This document shows positions 18,342 to 28,201 of a DNA stretch of 64,000 bases, in pieces. A program made the translations under genes and the position numbers. The notes below the pieces were generated by a model, which had not been told where the DNA came from, ran no database searches, and saw nothing but the letters and a program-made list of their open reading frames with translations. Position 1 is the first letter of the stretch. Each line of letters opens with the position of its first letter. This DNA is from a virus (lineage: Duplodnaviria > Caudoviricetes), in IMG/VR virus record IMGVR_UViG_2634166353_000002, positions 817 to 64,816 of that record, one strand, 5' to 3'.

Positions 18342-19019
18342 TCAAATCTCCCTTGCAAACCAGCGGATACGTCCAATGATATGGACCTCGTCGGCGGTCC
18401 GCTCGTACGGATTGTAGAAGCTGTTGTCGGAAATCACCTGCACCGCCGGTGGGTCGCTGTTCGGGATGTGCTCGAGCCGCTTGGCAACCAGCCCCATGCC
18501 GTCGTCCAGCACGAAGATGCCCGGCGGATTGGGCGCGCGGCGCGCCATGTCCACGAGCACTGTGTCCCCGTCGAGCAGCGTCGGCGCCATGCTGTCGCCT
18601 TCCACATGCATGATCCGCAGCTGGGAGGGGATGGCCTTCAGATTGTGGCGAATCCAGGATCGCCGGAAATGATAGGCGCGGTCGGCGCAGTCGGACTGGG
18701 CCTCCACGACGGCGCCGCCGCCCATGGACGGGCGCGGGCTGGCATGCGCGATGGACACGAACACCTCGTCGGGGCTTTCGATAAAGGGAGACGTCCCCTC
18801 GACCTCGCCGATTCCGTGGATCAGCCAGTCGCGGTCGACCTTGAGCACTGTGGCGACCTCGCCAAGCTTTTCAATGCTGGGGCGCGTCGAGCGTCCGCGA
18901 AGAATGTCGTAGACGAAGGAGCGGTTGACGCCGGCCATCTCGGCGACATGGGCGGGGCTCAGCCCAAGCTGGTACGCCCGGGCCCGGAGACGGTCGGCAA
19001 GAGTATGATGCACGGCCAT
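18342..19019 (-). CDS. CI/LexA-like repressor (HTH + S24 autopeptidase)
   Basis: N-terminal HTH, SMGGG, VEGDSMAPTL, LVAKRL. Confidence 0.9.
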   Translation of the reverse strand: MAVHHTLADRLRARAYQLGLSPAHVAEMAGVNRSFVYDILRGRSTRPSIEKLGEVATVLKVDRDWLIHGIGEVEGTSPFIESPDEVFVSIAHASPRPSMGGGAVVEAQSDCADRAYHFRRSWIRHNLKAIPSQLRIMHVEGDSMAPTLLDGDTVLVDMARRAPNPPGIFVLDDGMGLVAKRLEHIPNSDPPAVQVISDNSFYNPYERTADEVHIIGRIRWFAREI

Positions 19020-19087
19020 GTTATCCCCAACACGATGTGGATTTAAAAGGATAAAACAGGATTGATCGGGTGCCGTCAAGCAGATAA

Positions 19088-19102
19088 GAACATAAGGTAA
19101 AC
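19088..19102. promoter_or_regulatory. LexA-box-like site in the divergent immunity promoter
   Basis: GAAC-ATAAGGT-AAAC, one mismatch to GAAC-N7-GAAC. Confidence 0.5.
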
Positions 19103-19134
19103 ATCCTATAGTGGAATCGGCGGAAGGGCAGGGA

Positions 19135-19818
19135 ATGCATATCGAGAAGTTGTATTTCACGCTCCCCGAGATTCTCGACCGCTGGCGGATCACCGAAGCC
19201 GACCTCATCTACCTTGCCGAGAACGATCAGCTAAGGCTCTCCGTGCGCGTCTTCGACGTGCCGATCGAGTTCGGTGGCATCGAGGAGTCGCCTGAGGACG
19301 AGGCGTTCCGGGTGCCGTGGGAACAGACCCGCTTCAGCGGGCTGCTGGATCTGCATGCCTGTGATGTCTTTCAGCTTTTCCGATGCGGTGAGATCCACTC
19401 GAGCGCGTTCCGGACGCCCCGTGCCGACTATGCCAGAACCTTCGGCGATGCAGATCCTGTCTTCGTGCTGATCGGTGATTTGCTGCTAACACGCGAGGAA
19501 CGCGATCGTTTCGAGATCGCGACCGGCTTTGCTGAGGGCGGAGCGCAGGCCGAGGCGCCCACCTTCATCCATTCGGCCGACTACCAGGAGGTGCGCTGCA
19601 ACGGCGACCGCTTCAAGCTCGGGCCGATCCAGGCCGAGGTCGTCCGCGCGCTCCACGCGGCGGCTTTGGCGGGCGAGCCCTGGCAGAATGGCAAGGTCAT
19701 CCTCTGCGGCGCCGGTTCGAAGAGCTTGCGCATGGCTGACGTCTTCAAGTCCCAGGCGAACTGGCGACGACTCATCCGCTCGGATCGCCGCGGCGGTTAC
19801 CGCCTCGCCGTCGACTGA
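19135..19818 (+). CDS. Conserved hypothetical phage protein, probable DNA-binding C-terminus
   Basis: ORF divergent from the repressor; winged-helix-like C-terminal region. Confidence 0.75.
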   Translation: MHIEKLYFTLPEILDRWRITEADLIYLAENDQLRLSVRVFDVPIEFGGIEESPEDEAFRVPWEQTRFSGLLDLHACDVFQLFRCGEIHSSAFRTPRADYARTFGDADPVFVLIGDLLLTREERDRFEIATGFAEGGAQAEAPTFIHSADYQEVRCNGDRFKLGPIQAEVVRALHAAALAGEPWQNGKVILCGAGSKSLRMADVFKSQANWRRLIRSDRRGGYRLAVD

Positions 19819-19838
19819 ATCGCGCCGACCCCACGTCT

Positions 19839-19968
19839 GGTGGGGGATCGCGAAGGGGATGGGCGGGGGATGGTGGGGGATGCGATCCCCGCGGTCACGT
19901 CTCCGCCCTTATCCTGCAAGGGCTTTCTGATCCCCCGCCGTATCCCCCGCCAGTCCTGACGACATCCC
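19839..19968. repeat. Array of GGGGAT (x4) and inverted ATCCCC units upstream of the xis-like gene
   Basis: GGGGAT at 19843, 19855, 19866, 19876; ATCCCC at 19885, 19930, 19942. Confidence 0.7.
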
Positions 19969-20021
19969 ACATCGCAATTGGGCAATATCCTCTCAACGAC
20001 GCATGAGAGGAGACATCGAGG

Positions 20022-20315
20022 ATGCAAAGGCATTGTTTGAATCAGAAGGAGCTGGCCCGGCGCTGGGGGATTTCACACAGGACGCTGGAGCGCTGGCGCT
20101 ACACGGGTCAGGGGCCCGTTTTTCTCAAGCTGGGTGGGCGAGTGCTCTACCGGCTGGCCGATGTCGAGACCTTCGAGCAGAGCCAGCTTCAGCTTGCCCT
20201 GACGATCCGCAATGCAATCGCACGGGCTGAGCGATCGTCGCGACGGCTCACAGCCGATCCGGCGCGCGCCGCAAATCAGACCGCCGCCGTCCGGGGCGCG
20301 CATCGGGCATGCTGA
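20022..20315 (+). CDS. Excisionase/AlpA-like HTH DNA-binding protein
   Basis: LNQKELARRWGISHRTLERWR..GPVFLKLGGRVLYRLADV. Confidence 0.85.
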   Translation: MQRHCLNQKELARRWGISHRTLERWRYTGQGPVFLKLGGRVLYRLADVETFEQSQLQLALTIRNAIARAERSSRRLTADPARAANQTAAVRGAHRAC

Positions 20316-20662
20316 TGATGGCCGCGACCCATGACGAACGGCGGGCGGCCAAGCCGCGCCTCACCGACATCGACCTCTATGCCTGGATTGCGCAGGCCGA
20401 GGCCGGTGATGCCCTGATCTATCACTGCGGCTTTCTCGTGGTCGATGCGGATATAGCGATCTCGACGCTGCCTGCAGACCAGCGAAAGGTTCTTCGCGGC
20501 GTGGCTGATGCTGCGTTTCGGGCCGCCGAACAGGGCCTCGTGCACCTGGTGCAGGAGCGGCTGGGCACCGACCGCTTCGCCTACATCGCCATCGCCCGGC
20601 CCAGGCCGAAGGCCGCCGCCGCGTCGCTGTCCTCGCTGCTCCTCGAGGCGCAGGCAGCGTGA
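20309..20662 (+). CDS. Hypothetical phage protein
   Basis: ORF coupled to both neighbours in the early operon. Confidence 0.7.
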   Translation: MLMMAATHDERRAAKPRLTDIDLYAWIAQAEAGDALIYHCGFLVVDADIAISTLPADQRKVLRGVADAAFRAAEQGLVHLVQERLGTDRFAYIAIARPRPKAAAASLSSLLLEAQAA

Positions 20663-20709
20663 CACCTCCATCCATCCAGACCCAACCCACAGATCAAGGA
20701 GGCACATTC

Positions 20710-21195
20710 ATGCCATTTCCAGAAAACACCCCGAGCGTGAATGACATGCTCAACATGCCGACCGGCGAATTGGCGCAGATGCCGGTCGAGTTGCTGGCAG
20801 GCTTGCAGGCGGAGCTCGCGCATGCGGCCAAGCAGCTGAAATCAGCCACAGTCCGTTTCAATACAGCGCTGGAGGTGCGCTATGCCGCCCGCGCGGCTGA
20901 GGCGCGTCACGCTTGTGGCAAAGACACGGGCACGGTGCGACTGGCAGATGGCGATTACACGGTCGTGGCCGACCTGCCCAAGCGTGTCGACTGGGACCAG
21001 GAAAAACTGGCGCAGATCGCCCGGAACATTGCTGACAGCGGTGAAGACCCGTCCGAGTTCATCGACACCACGCTGAAGGTCAGTGAACGCAAATACGGTG
21101 CGCTGCCGGAGGCCTGGCGCAAGGGGTTCGAGCCCGCGCGCACGGTGAAGGTCGGTACGCTCAAGGTCACCCTTGAGGCGGGAGATGCGGCATGA
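20710..21195 (+). CDS. Hypothetical phage replication/recombination protein
   Basis: DLPKRVDWDQEKL..VSERKY motif; precedes the NTPase; start could be 20659. Confidence 0.75.
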   Translation: MPFPENTPSVNDMLNMPTGELAQMPVELLAGLQAELAHAAKQLKSATVRFNTALEVRYAARAAEARHACGKDTGTVRLADGDYTVVADLPKRVDWDQEKLAQIARNIADSGEDPSEFIDTTLKVSERKYGALPEAWRKGFEPARTVKVGTLKVTLEAGDAA

Positions 21196-22085
21196 CCGGC
21201 GCGCTTCCTATCATCACCGCCGACCAGCGGCTGGCGGAAATCCGCGGCATCAAGGGCGTGATCTTCGGCCCCTCGGGGATCGGCAAGACATCGCTGCTCT
21301 GGACGCTGAAAAACGCGACCACGCTGTTTTTCGATCTCGAGGCCGGGGATCTGGCCATCGAAGGGCTGGGCGTGGATGTGATCCGCCCGCGAACATGGGC
21401 GGAATGCCGGGATTTCGCGGTGTTCATCGGCGGGCCCAATCCGGCGCTGCGCGCCGACCAGCCCTACAGCCAGGCGCATTTTGACGCGGTCTGCGCCAAG
21501 TTCGGCGATCCGGCCGTGCTGGAAAAGTACGACACGGTGTTCATCGACTCGATCACCGTGGCGGGGCGGCTGTGCTTTGGCTGGTGCAAGGGCCAACCCG
21601 AGGCCCATTCGGAAAAGACCGGCAAACCGGATGTGCGCGGCGCGTATGGCCTGCACGGCCGCGAGATGATCGCCTGGCTCACGCATCTGCAGCACACGCG
21701 GGCGAAGAACGTCTGGTTCGTCGGCATCCTCGACCAGAAGCTCGACGACTTCAATCGCAGGGTTTTCCAGCCGCAGATCGACGGCAGCAAGACCGGGCTC
21801 GAGCTGCCGGGCATCGTCGACCAGGTCATCACCATGGCCGAGTTCAAGGCCGAGGATAACACCCTTCAGCGCGGCTTTGTCTGCCAGACGCTGAATCCCT
21901 GGGGCTATCCGGCCAAGGACCGGTCGGGGCGGCTCGACATGCTCGAGGCGCCCCATCTGGGGCAGCTGATGGAGAAGATCCGCGGCCCGCTCCTCCCCGA
22001 TGACCGGCGGCTGACCTACCAGGCCCCCGAACTTCCGGCGCCACCAAAGGCGCAGGCAACCACCAACTCCAACACTTCAAGCTGA
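21192..22085 (+). CDS. AAA_24 / Sak4-like NTPase
   Basis: GPSGIGKT Walker A, VFIDSIT Walker B. Confidence 0.85.
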   Translation: MTGALPIITADQRLAEIRGIKGVIFGPSGIGKTSLLWTLKNATTLFFDLEAGDLAIEGLGVDVIRPRTWAECRDFAVFIGGPNPALRADQPYSQAHFDAVCAKFGDPAVLEKYDTVFIDSITVAGRLCFGWCKGQPEAHSEKTGKPDVRGAYGLHGREMIAWLTHLQHTRAKNVWFVGILDQKLDDFNRRVFQPQIDGSKTGLELPGIVDQVITMAEFKAEDNTLQRGFVCQTLNPWGYPAKDRSGRLDMLEAPHLGQLMEKIRGPLLPDDRRLTYQAPELPAPPKAQATTNSNTSS

Positions 22086-22099
22086 AAAGGACGACCCCC

Positions 22100-22762
22100 A
22101 TGTCTCTCTGGAACGATTTCAACGACGCGCAGTCCAACGCCAACGTCATCCCCAAGGGCACACTGGCCAAGGTGCGCTTGGGTCTACGCCCGGGCGGGTT
22201 CGACGATCCTGCGCAGGGCTGGACCGGCGGCTATGCCAAGCGGGCCGCCACGGGTGCAGTCTACCTCGATGCCGAATACACGGTGCTTGAGGGGCCCTAT
22301 GCCAAGCGCAAGATCTGGTCGCTAATCGGGCTCTACAGCCCCAACGGGCCGAACTGGGCCAATATGGGCCGCAGCCTGGTGCGAGGCATGCTGAACTCGT
22401 CGCGCGGGATTTCCGACAAGGACAACTCGCCCGAGGCGCAGGCAGCGCGGCGCATCAACGGGTTTGCCGATCTCGACGGGATCGAGTTCATCGCCCGGAT
22501 CGATGTCGGCAAGGACTCGAGCGGGGAAGAGCGCAACGAGATCAAGAGCGCGGTCATGCCCGATCACCGCGATTACGCGCAGCTCATGGGCCATGGCGCC
22601 GCGCCGATGGCTTCGGGCACGGCATATACGCCGCAATCTGCGCCGCCGGCACCCCAACCCCAGACGGCGGCACAGCTCCAAGGCGCGCCCGCGCAGCATG
22701 GACAGTACGACCAGACGCCTGCCGGGCCCGGCTTTTCCGGCCGCCCGAGCTGGGCCGAGTGA
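22100..22762 (+). CDS. Phage single-stranded DNA binding-like protein
   Basis: IPKGTLAKV, YLDAEYTVLEGPYAKRKIW, low-complexity tail ending in PSWAE; follows the NTPase. Confidence 0.65.
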   Translation: MSLWNDFNDAQSNANVIPKGTLAKVRLGLRPGGFDDPAQGWTGGYAKRAATGAVYLDAEYTVLEGPYAKRKIWSLIGLYSPNGPNWANMGRSLVRGMLNSSRGISDKDNSPEAQAARRINGFADLDGIEFIARIDVGKDSSGEERNEIKSAVMPDHRDYAQLMGHGAAPMASGTAYTPQSAPPAPQPQTAAQLQGAPAQHGQYDQTPAGPGFSGRPSWAE

Positions 22763-22773
22763 GGGGAACCGCC

Positions 22774-24474
22774 ATGCGCCTTCGTCCCCGTCAGAAACTC
22801 TTTGTCGAGCGCAGCCTGTCTGCGCTAGGCCCCCGCGATAACACGCTCGGGATCGCGCCAACCGGTGCGGGCAAGACGATCATGCTCTCGGCGGTCACCG
22901 GCGAAAGGATTGGCGACAGCGCCGCCAAGGCCTGCGTGCTCGCGCATCGCGATGAGCTGACCGCGCAGAACCGTGAGAAGTTCGCTCGGGTCAACCCGGA
23001 CGTGACCACCTCGGTGCTGGATGCCAGCACCAAGTCCTGGGCTGGCCAGGTCACCTTCGCCATGGTGCCCACGCTGGCTCGCGAGGCCAATCTGGCCGCC
23101 ATGCCCAGGCTGGACCTGCTGGTCATCGACGAGGCGCATCACGCCGCCGCCGCCAGCTACCGGCGCATCATCGACCGCGTCCGGGATGCCAACCCGGACG
23201 CCCGGATCTTCGGGGTGACGGCCACGCCCAATCGAGGAGATCGCAAGGGGCTGCGCGCGGTCTTCGACAATGTCGCCGACCAGGTGAGGCTGGGCGAGCT
23301 GATTGCCTCGGGCCACCTGGTGCCGCCGCGCACCTTCGTCATCGATGTGGGCGTGCAGGAGGAACTGAAAGCCGTCCGCCAGACCGCGTCGGATTTCGAC
23401 ATGGGCGAGGTGGCCGAGATCATGGATCGCGCGCCGATCACCGAGGAAGTGGTGCGCCACTGGCGCGAGAAGGCCGGGGACAGACAAACGGTCGTGTTCT
23501 GCTCCACCGTGGCGCATGCCGCGCATGTGGCTGAGGCCTTCAACGCGGCTGACATCCCCACCGGCCTGATCCATGGCGATCTGCCGGGTGAGGAGCGCCG
23601 CAAAATACTGGCCGCCTTCGAGAAGGGCGACATCCGCGTCATCACCAACGTGGCCGTGCTCACCGAGGGCTGGGACCACCCGCCGACCTCCTGTGTCGTG
23701 CTGCTGCGCCCGTCTTCCTACAAATCCACCATGATCCAGATGGTCGGGCGAGGCCTGCGCACGGTCGATCCGGAGGAACATCCCGGTGTGGTCAAGACCG
23801 ATTGCGTGGTGCTGGATTTTGGCACGTCCAGTCTGACGCATGGCACGCTGGAACAGGATGTCGATCTCGACGGCAAGTCCGGGACCTGCGAGGCGCCATC
23901 CAAGACCTGTCCCGCCTGCCAGGCCGAGATACCGCTGGCTGCGCGGGAGTGTCCGATCTGTGGCGAGGCGCTGGTCGACCCGGACGAGGACGTAAGCGAG
24001 AGCCTGGAAGGGACACTTGGCGGGGCGCTGTCCGGCTTCCTGATGACCGAAGTCGATCTGTTGAAGCGGTCCAGCTTCGAGTGGGTGGATCTCTTCGGCA
24101 CCGAGGACGCGCTGCTGGCCACCGGCTTTTCTGCCTGGGGCGGTGTCTTCTGGCTCGACGTGCTGTGGTACGCCATCGGCGGTGCGCGCGGTGCGCAGCC
24201 CCAACTGCTGGGCGTCGGCGAGAGATCCGTGTGTCTGGCACAAGCCGACGACTGGCTCAATGATCATGAAAGCGACGAGAGCGCCTTCAAGACACGCGGC
24301 TGGCTGACCCAGCCTGCCACCGAAAAGCAGCTGCAATATCTCTCGCCTGAGGCGCGCAGCGACTATGGCCTCACGCGCTACAAGGCGTCGGCGCTCATGA
24401 CCTTCGGGTTCAACAAGCGCGCGATCCGCGGGCTGATCCTGAGCGCGGCCCCGACCGCGCGGGAGGCTGCGTGA
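22774..24474 (+). CDS. SF2 DEAD/DEAH helicase
   Basis: APTGAGKT, DEAHH, TATP, QMVGRGLR, C-terminal CxxC..CxxC. Confidence 0.93.
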   Translation: MRLRPRQKLFVERSLSALGPRDNTLGIAPTGAGKTIMLSAVTGERIGDSAAKACVLAHRDELTAQNREKFARVNPDVTTSVLDASTKSWAGQVTFAMVPTLAREANLAAMPRLDLLVIDEAHHAAAASYRRIIDRVRDANPDARIFGVTATPNRGDRKGLRAVFDNVADQVRLGELIASGHLVPPRTFVIDVGVQEELKAVRQTASDFDMGEVAEIMDRAPITEEVVRHWREKAGDRQTVVFCSTVAHAAHVAEAFNAADIPTGLIHGDLPGEERRKILAAFEKGDIRVITNVAVLTEGWDHPPTSCVVLLRPSSYKSTMIQMVGRGLRTVDPEEHPGVVKTDCVVLDFGTSSLTHGTLEQDVDLDGKSGTCEAPSKTCPACQAEIPLAARECPICGEALVDPDEDVSESLEGTLGGALSGFLMTEVDLLKRSSFEWVDLFGTEDALLATGFSAWGGVFWLDVLWYAIGGARGAQPQLLGVGERSVCLAQADDWLNDHESDESAFKTRGWLTQPATEKQLQYLSPEARSDYGLTRYKASALMTFGFNKRAIRGLILSAAPTAREAA

Positions 24475-24899
24475 GCCATGTCGCGCAAATCTCATACCCG
24501 CCCGCAGAGGCTGCGGACCCATCGGGCCGTGATCGGCTCTGGCACTCGCGCGGCGCGCTCTGCGCCGTCTGCACCTCCCGCACCCGCGGCTTTGGCTGGT
24601 TCGATCCCCACCAACCCCGCGCAAAGCGCACATACCGCTGGTTCTGCTCGATGCCGTGCCAGTCGGCCTTCACCCGTAAAGCATCGAGAGGACTGAGCAT
24701 GGTCGATTTGACCGAAGAAGAGCACATGGCGATCTTGGGCAGCCTCAAGCCCGTGGCGCGACAGATGGAGACCTATGGCTGGGAAACCCGTCTGTCGGAG
24801 CTCACGGAAGTGCAGGTGCTTTGGCTGATCGAAACTGCGGTGCAGGAATTTCGTGAAGCCATGGCTGAGATCGCCGCGAAGTCGGAGATCCCGTTCTGA
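24471..24899 (+). CDS. Hypothetical protein (DUF6511-like) with Cys motifs
   Basis: CAVC..WFCSMPCQ; 4-bp overlap with the helicase. Confidence 0.7.
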   Translation: MSHVAQISYPPAEAADPSGRDRLWHSRGALCAVCTSRTRGFGWFDPHQPRAKRTYRWFCSMPCQSAFTRKASRGLSMVDLTEEEHMAILGSLKPVARQMETYGWETRLSELTEVQVLWLIETAVQEFREAMAEIAAKSEIPF

Positions 24900-25765
24900 T
24901 GCTGGACTACAACCATCGCCCCAGCTTCGCCGAGCGGGTCAACGAGACCATTGATGCGGCCCTGACCGCCGAGAATGCGGCAAGAACGCCCCGTGACTAC
25001 CTCGGCGGCTCTCGCCTTGGGCAGGCTTGCGAACGCGCGCTGCAATTCGAGTTCACGGCCACGCCCAAGGACGAAGGCCAAGAGTTTTCGGGCCAGCTTC
25101 TGCGCATCTTCGCCATCGGCCATGTGCTCGAGGATCTGGCGGTCGCCTGGCTGCGGGCGGCCGGGTTCGATCTCTACACTCGCAAGGGCAACCGCCCCGA
25201 TGGCGGCCAATTCGGCTTCTCGATCGCGGGCGGGCGTATCCGCGGCCATGTCGATGGCATCGTTGCCGCCGGACCCGAAGGCTTTGGTCTCGCCGTTCCC
25301 GCGCTCTGGGAATGCAAGACCATGAACGCGAAGAACTGGCGCGCCTGCGTCAAGGACGGTGTGACCAAATCCAAGCCCGTCTATGCCGCCCAGATCGCGG
25401 TCTACCAGGCGTATATGGAGCCCTCGGTGCCCGGCATTTCCGCCGCGCCCGCGGTCTTCACCGCGATCAACAAGGACACGGCCGAGCTGCACCACGAGCA
25501 GGTGCCTTTCGATGCCGCGCTTGCGCAGCGCATGTCCGATCGCGGGGTGCGCATTCTGCAAGCCACGGATGCGGGTGAATTGCTGCCGCGCGTCGCGCAA
25601 AATCGCGACTTCTTCGAGTGCCGCTTCTGCCCGTGGGCGGAGCGCTGTTGGGGGGGGAGCGGCGTCTCTGGAAACGGTGAGGCGGAGCAGGAAAGGCGCC
25701 AGTGGCGCGATTCCCCGCCGAACGGGGAGCGTTTCAGCCGCGAACGGGCGGAGCCCTCGCCATGA
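24899..25765 (+). CDS. PD-(D/E)xK (Cas4-like) phage nuclease
   Basis: YLGGSRLGQACER, GHVDG, WECKT, CRFCPWAERC. Confidence 0.85.
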   Translation: MLDYNHRPSFAERVNETIDAALTAENAARTPRDYLGGSRLGQACERALQFEFTATPKDEGQEFSGQLLRIFAIGHVLEDLAVAWLRAAGFDLYTRKGNRPDGGQFGFSIAGGRIRGHVDGIVAAGPEGFGLAVPALWECKTMNAKNWRACVKDGVTKSKPVYAAQIAVYQAYMEPSVPGISAAPAVFTAINKDTAELHHEQVPFDAALAQRMSDRGVRILQATDAGELLPRVAQNRDFFECRFCPWAERCWGGSGVSGNGEAEQERRQWRDSPPNGERFSRERAEPSP

Positions 25766-28176
25766 GCGACACTCCCGAGGATCCGCCCGAGACAGGCGAC
25801 ATGCGGAAGGAGGCCGACATGGCGCAGGATGACGACCGCCAAAATGAGAGCGATAAGGACTGCGACGAGGGCGCGCCCAAGGAAAACCTGGTTCATTTCA
25901 ACCCCTGGCGCGATTTCAACGACGCGGCCCCCGAGATCGATGTGTTCGGCGACGAGCCTGACCCTGAGCAGATCGCGCAGTTCATGGAGGTGGTGTTCGG
26001 CTACTCGGAGGGGCTGATCCCGGTGCGCAGCTTCATCGACAAGGGCCAGGGCATCGATGGACGCCCGCACAACATCTGGATCGATGCCGATGACGCCGTG
26101 GCCGACAAGATGGCCACCTTCGCGACATGGGCCGCGCGCGAGGGCGCGGCGGTCTATGTAATCCCCGGCACCGTGGCCGAGCCCGGCCAGGCCCGCGCGG
26201 CGGAAATCCTGCAGATGCAGACTGTGGTGGTTGATCTCGATACCGGCGATATCGCAGCCAAACGCGCCCATCTCGAACGCCACCTTGGCGCGCCCACCAT
26301 GGTCGTGGAAAGCGGCGGGGTGACGCCCGAGGGCCAGCGCAAGGCCCATGTCTGGTGGAAGCTGACCGAGCCCGCCGAGGGCAGCGACATAGCCCGCGTG
26401 ACCCGCCTGCGCGGCGGCATCGCGGCCAAGGCCGGCGGCGACATGCATTTCCGCTCGGCGCACCAGCCGATCCGGGTGGCGGGCTCGGTCTATTACAAAA
26501 ACAACCTCAAGACGCAGGTGCGCATCGTCGAGATGAACGCCGATCATGAGCGCGATCTGGCCGAGTTCATCGAGGCCGTCACCGAAATGCCGCCTGCGCC
26601 GGGCGTGTCGCTGCAGCCCGAGTTCGCCCATCCCGACAAACCCGCCGTCGACGAGGTGCTGGTCACCCCGGTGCGCGAGGGCGCCGCCGATGACTGGTCG
26701 CGCTTCGAAGGAGCCTCGGCCGCGATCGGCCATTTCATCCGCATGGTCCATGAGGGCCGCCTGTCGAAGGACGCGGGCTGGGAAGGTATCTGCGGCTACA
26801 ACGCGGCCATGCTGCGCCCTGAGTGGTCCGTGGAACGGCTCAAACGCGAGTCCGAGCGGCTGTGGGCGCTGCATGTCGAGAAGAATGGCCCCCCGCTGGT
26901 GCGGCTCGACAGCGGCGCGCCGTCACCGGACGAGCTGCCCGCCTTCAGCCTCGGCGCGCTGCTCGACGACACCAGCCCGATGCCCGCGGATATCATCGCC
27001 CCGCGCGTGCTCACGCCCGGTGGTCTGCTGGTGCTGGGCGGCGCGCCCAAGGTCGGCAAGAGCGATCTGCTGATCTCCTGGCTTGTGCACATGGCCGCCG
27101 GTCAGCCGTTCCTCGGCTTCACGCCGCCGCGCCCGTTGCGCATCTTCTATCTGCAAGCCGAGATCCAGTACCACTACCTGCGCGAGCGCCTGCGCCAGAT
27201 CGCCCTGCCGCCCGAGATACTCGCCGCGGCGCGCGACACATTCGTGGCCACGCCAAAACTGAAGCTGCTGCTCGACGACGAGGGCAGCGTGCAGGCCGCG
27301 CGCGCGATCCAGACCGCCTTTCCGGAGGCACCGCCGGACATCATTTGCGTCGACCCGATCCGCAACCTCTTCGATGGCGGCCCCGACGGCGGCGGCGAGA
27401 ACGACAACACCGCCGTGATGTTTTTCCTCAAGCACCGGGTGGAGGTGCTGCGCGATCATATCGATCCCGAGTGTGGGGTGATCCTCGTCCACCACACGCG
27501 CAAGCTTTCCAAGCACCAGGTCAAGGAGGATCCGTTTCTGGCCCTGTCGGGCGCCAGCGCGCTGCGCGGCTTTTACACAACCGGCCTGATCCTGCACCGC
27601 CCCGACGAGGATGCGTCGGAGCGCAAGCTAGAGATCGAGTTGCGCAATGGCCCGGCGCTCGAGCCCAAGCTCATCGACAAGCGCGGCGGCGAATGGGTCG
27701 AGATCAACCCGATGAACGAGCGGCTGGTTCGGGCGGAGGCCGGTGCCAAACACGACGCTGAGCGGGATCGAAAGGGTGGTGTGATCGTCCATCTTGTCAG
27801 CGAGCAGGCTGAACAGGGAAAGATGTTCACGCTGAGCCAGTTCGCGGCCAAGTTCGAGAACAAGGGCAGCCTCGGCGGCCAGACAAGCATCCGCGAACGC
27901 CTGCATGTGCTTGCCACCAAGGGCTACGTGAAGTTCGTGCGAGGTGAACAGGTCAGGGAGCTCGGTCTCAAGCGGGACCGATCCAAGTTCGGATATCTCT
28001 GCGTCAGGGACATGCGACTTCGCACCGACCGGGAATTGGTCGACAGCGAGACCGGTGAGGTGAGCCCGGCCTTCGTCCGGGTGCTTCCGTCCGACTACAT
28101 GTGCCCGCAATCCGGAGCTCTCTTGCCGGTCGAGAACCCGGAAGTCTGGGTCGATCAGGACGGGGATGACACATGA
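25762..28176 (+). CDS. Primase-helicase (primase-like N-terminus + AAA_25/RecA-like helicase)
   Basis: VVDLD and VESGG..HVWWKL primase-like motifs; GAPKVGKS Walker A; ICVDP Walker B; LVHHTRK. Confidence 0.88.
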   Translation: MSDTPEDPPETGDMRKEADMAQDDDRQNESDKDCDEGAPKENLVHFNPWRDFNDAAPEIDVFGDEPDPEQIAQFMEVVFGYSEGLIPVRSFIDKGQGIDGRPHNIWIDADDAVADKMATFATWAAREGAAVYVIPGTVAEPGQARAAEILQMQTVVVDLDTGDIAAKRAHLERHLGAPTMVVESGGVTPEGQRKAHVWWKLTEPAEGSDIARVTRLRGGIAAKAGGDMHFRSAHQPIRVAGSVYYKNNLKTQVRIVEMNADHERDLAEFIEAVTEMPPAPGVSLQPEFAHPDKPAVDEVLVTPVREGAADDWSRFEGASAAIGHFIRMVHEGRLSKDAGWEGICGYNAAMLRPEWSVERLKRESERLWALHVEKNGPPLVRLDSGAPSPDELPAFSLGALLDDTSPMPADIIAPRVLTPGGLLVLGGAPKVGKSDLLISWLVHMAAGQPFLGFTPPRPLRIFYLQAEIQYHYLRERLRQIALPPEILAAARDTFVATPKLKLLLDDEGSVQAARAIQTAFPEAPPDIICVDPIRNLFDGGPDGGGENDNTAVMFFLKHRVEVLRDHIDPECGVILVHHTRKLSKHQVKEDPFLALSGASALRGFYTTGLILHRPDEDASERKLEIELRNGPALEPKLIDKRGGEWVEINPMNERLVRAEAGAKHDAERDRKGGVIVHLVSEQAEQGKMFTLSQFAAKFENKGSLGGQTSIRERLHVLATKGYVKFVRGEQVRELGLKRDRSKFGYLCVRDMRLRTDRELVDSETGEVSPAFVRVLPSDYMCPQSGALLPVENPEVWVDQDGDDT

Positions 28177-28201
28177 ATCCGGCATCCGAAACGCGCCTGT
28201 T

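Noticed and set aside
22825-24633. Long antisense ORFs opposite the helicase, primase, portal, tape measure and tail genes (e.g. 22825-24633, 25402-26874, 41543-42931, 51338-53140, 54727-56280)
   Set aside because: Shadow ORFs expected in high-GC coding DNA; no recognisable motifs
24899-25765. Cas4-like nuclease as evidence of CRISPR adaptation
   Set aside because: It sits in a standard phage replication operon with no cas1/cas2 or array
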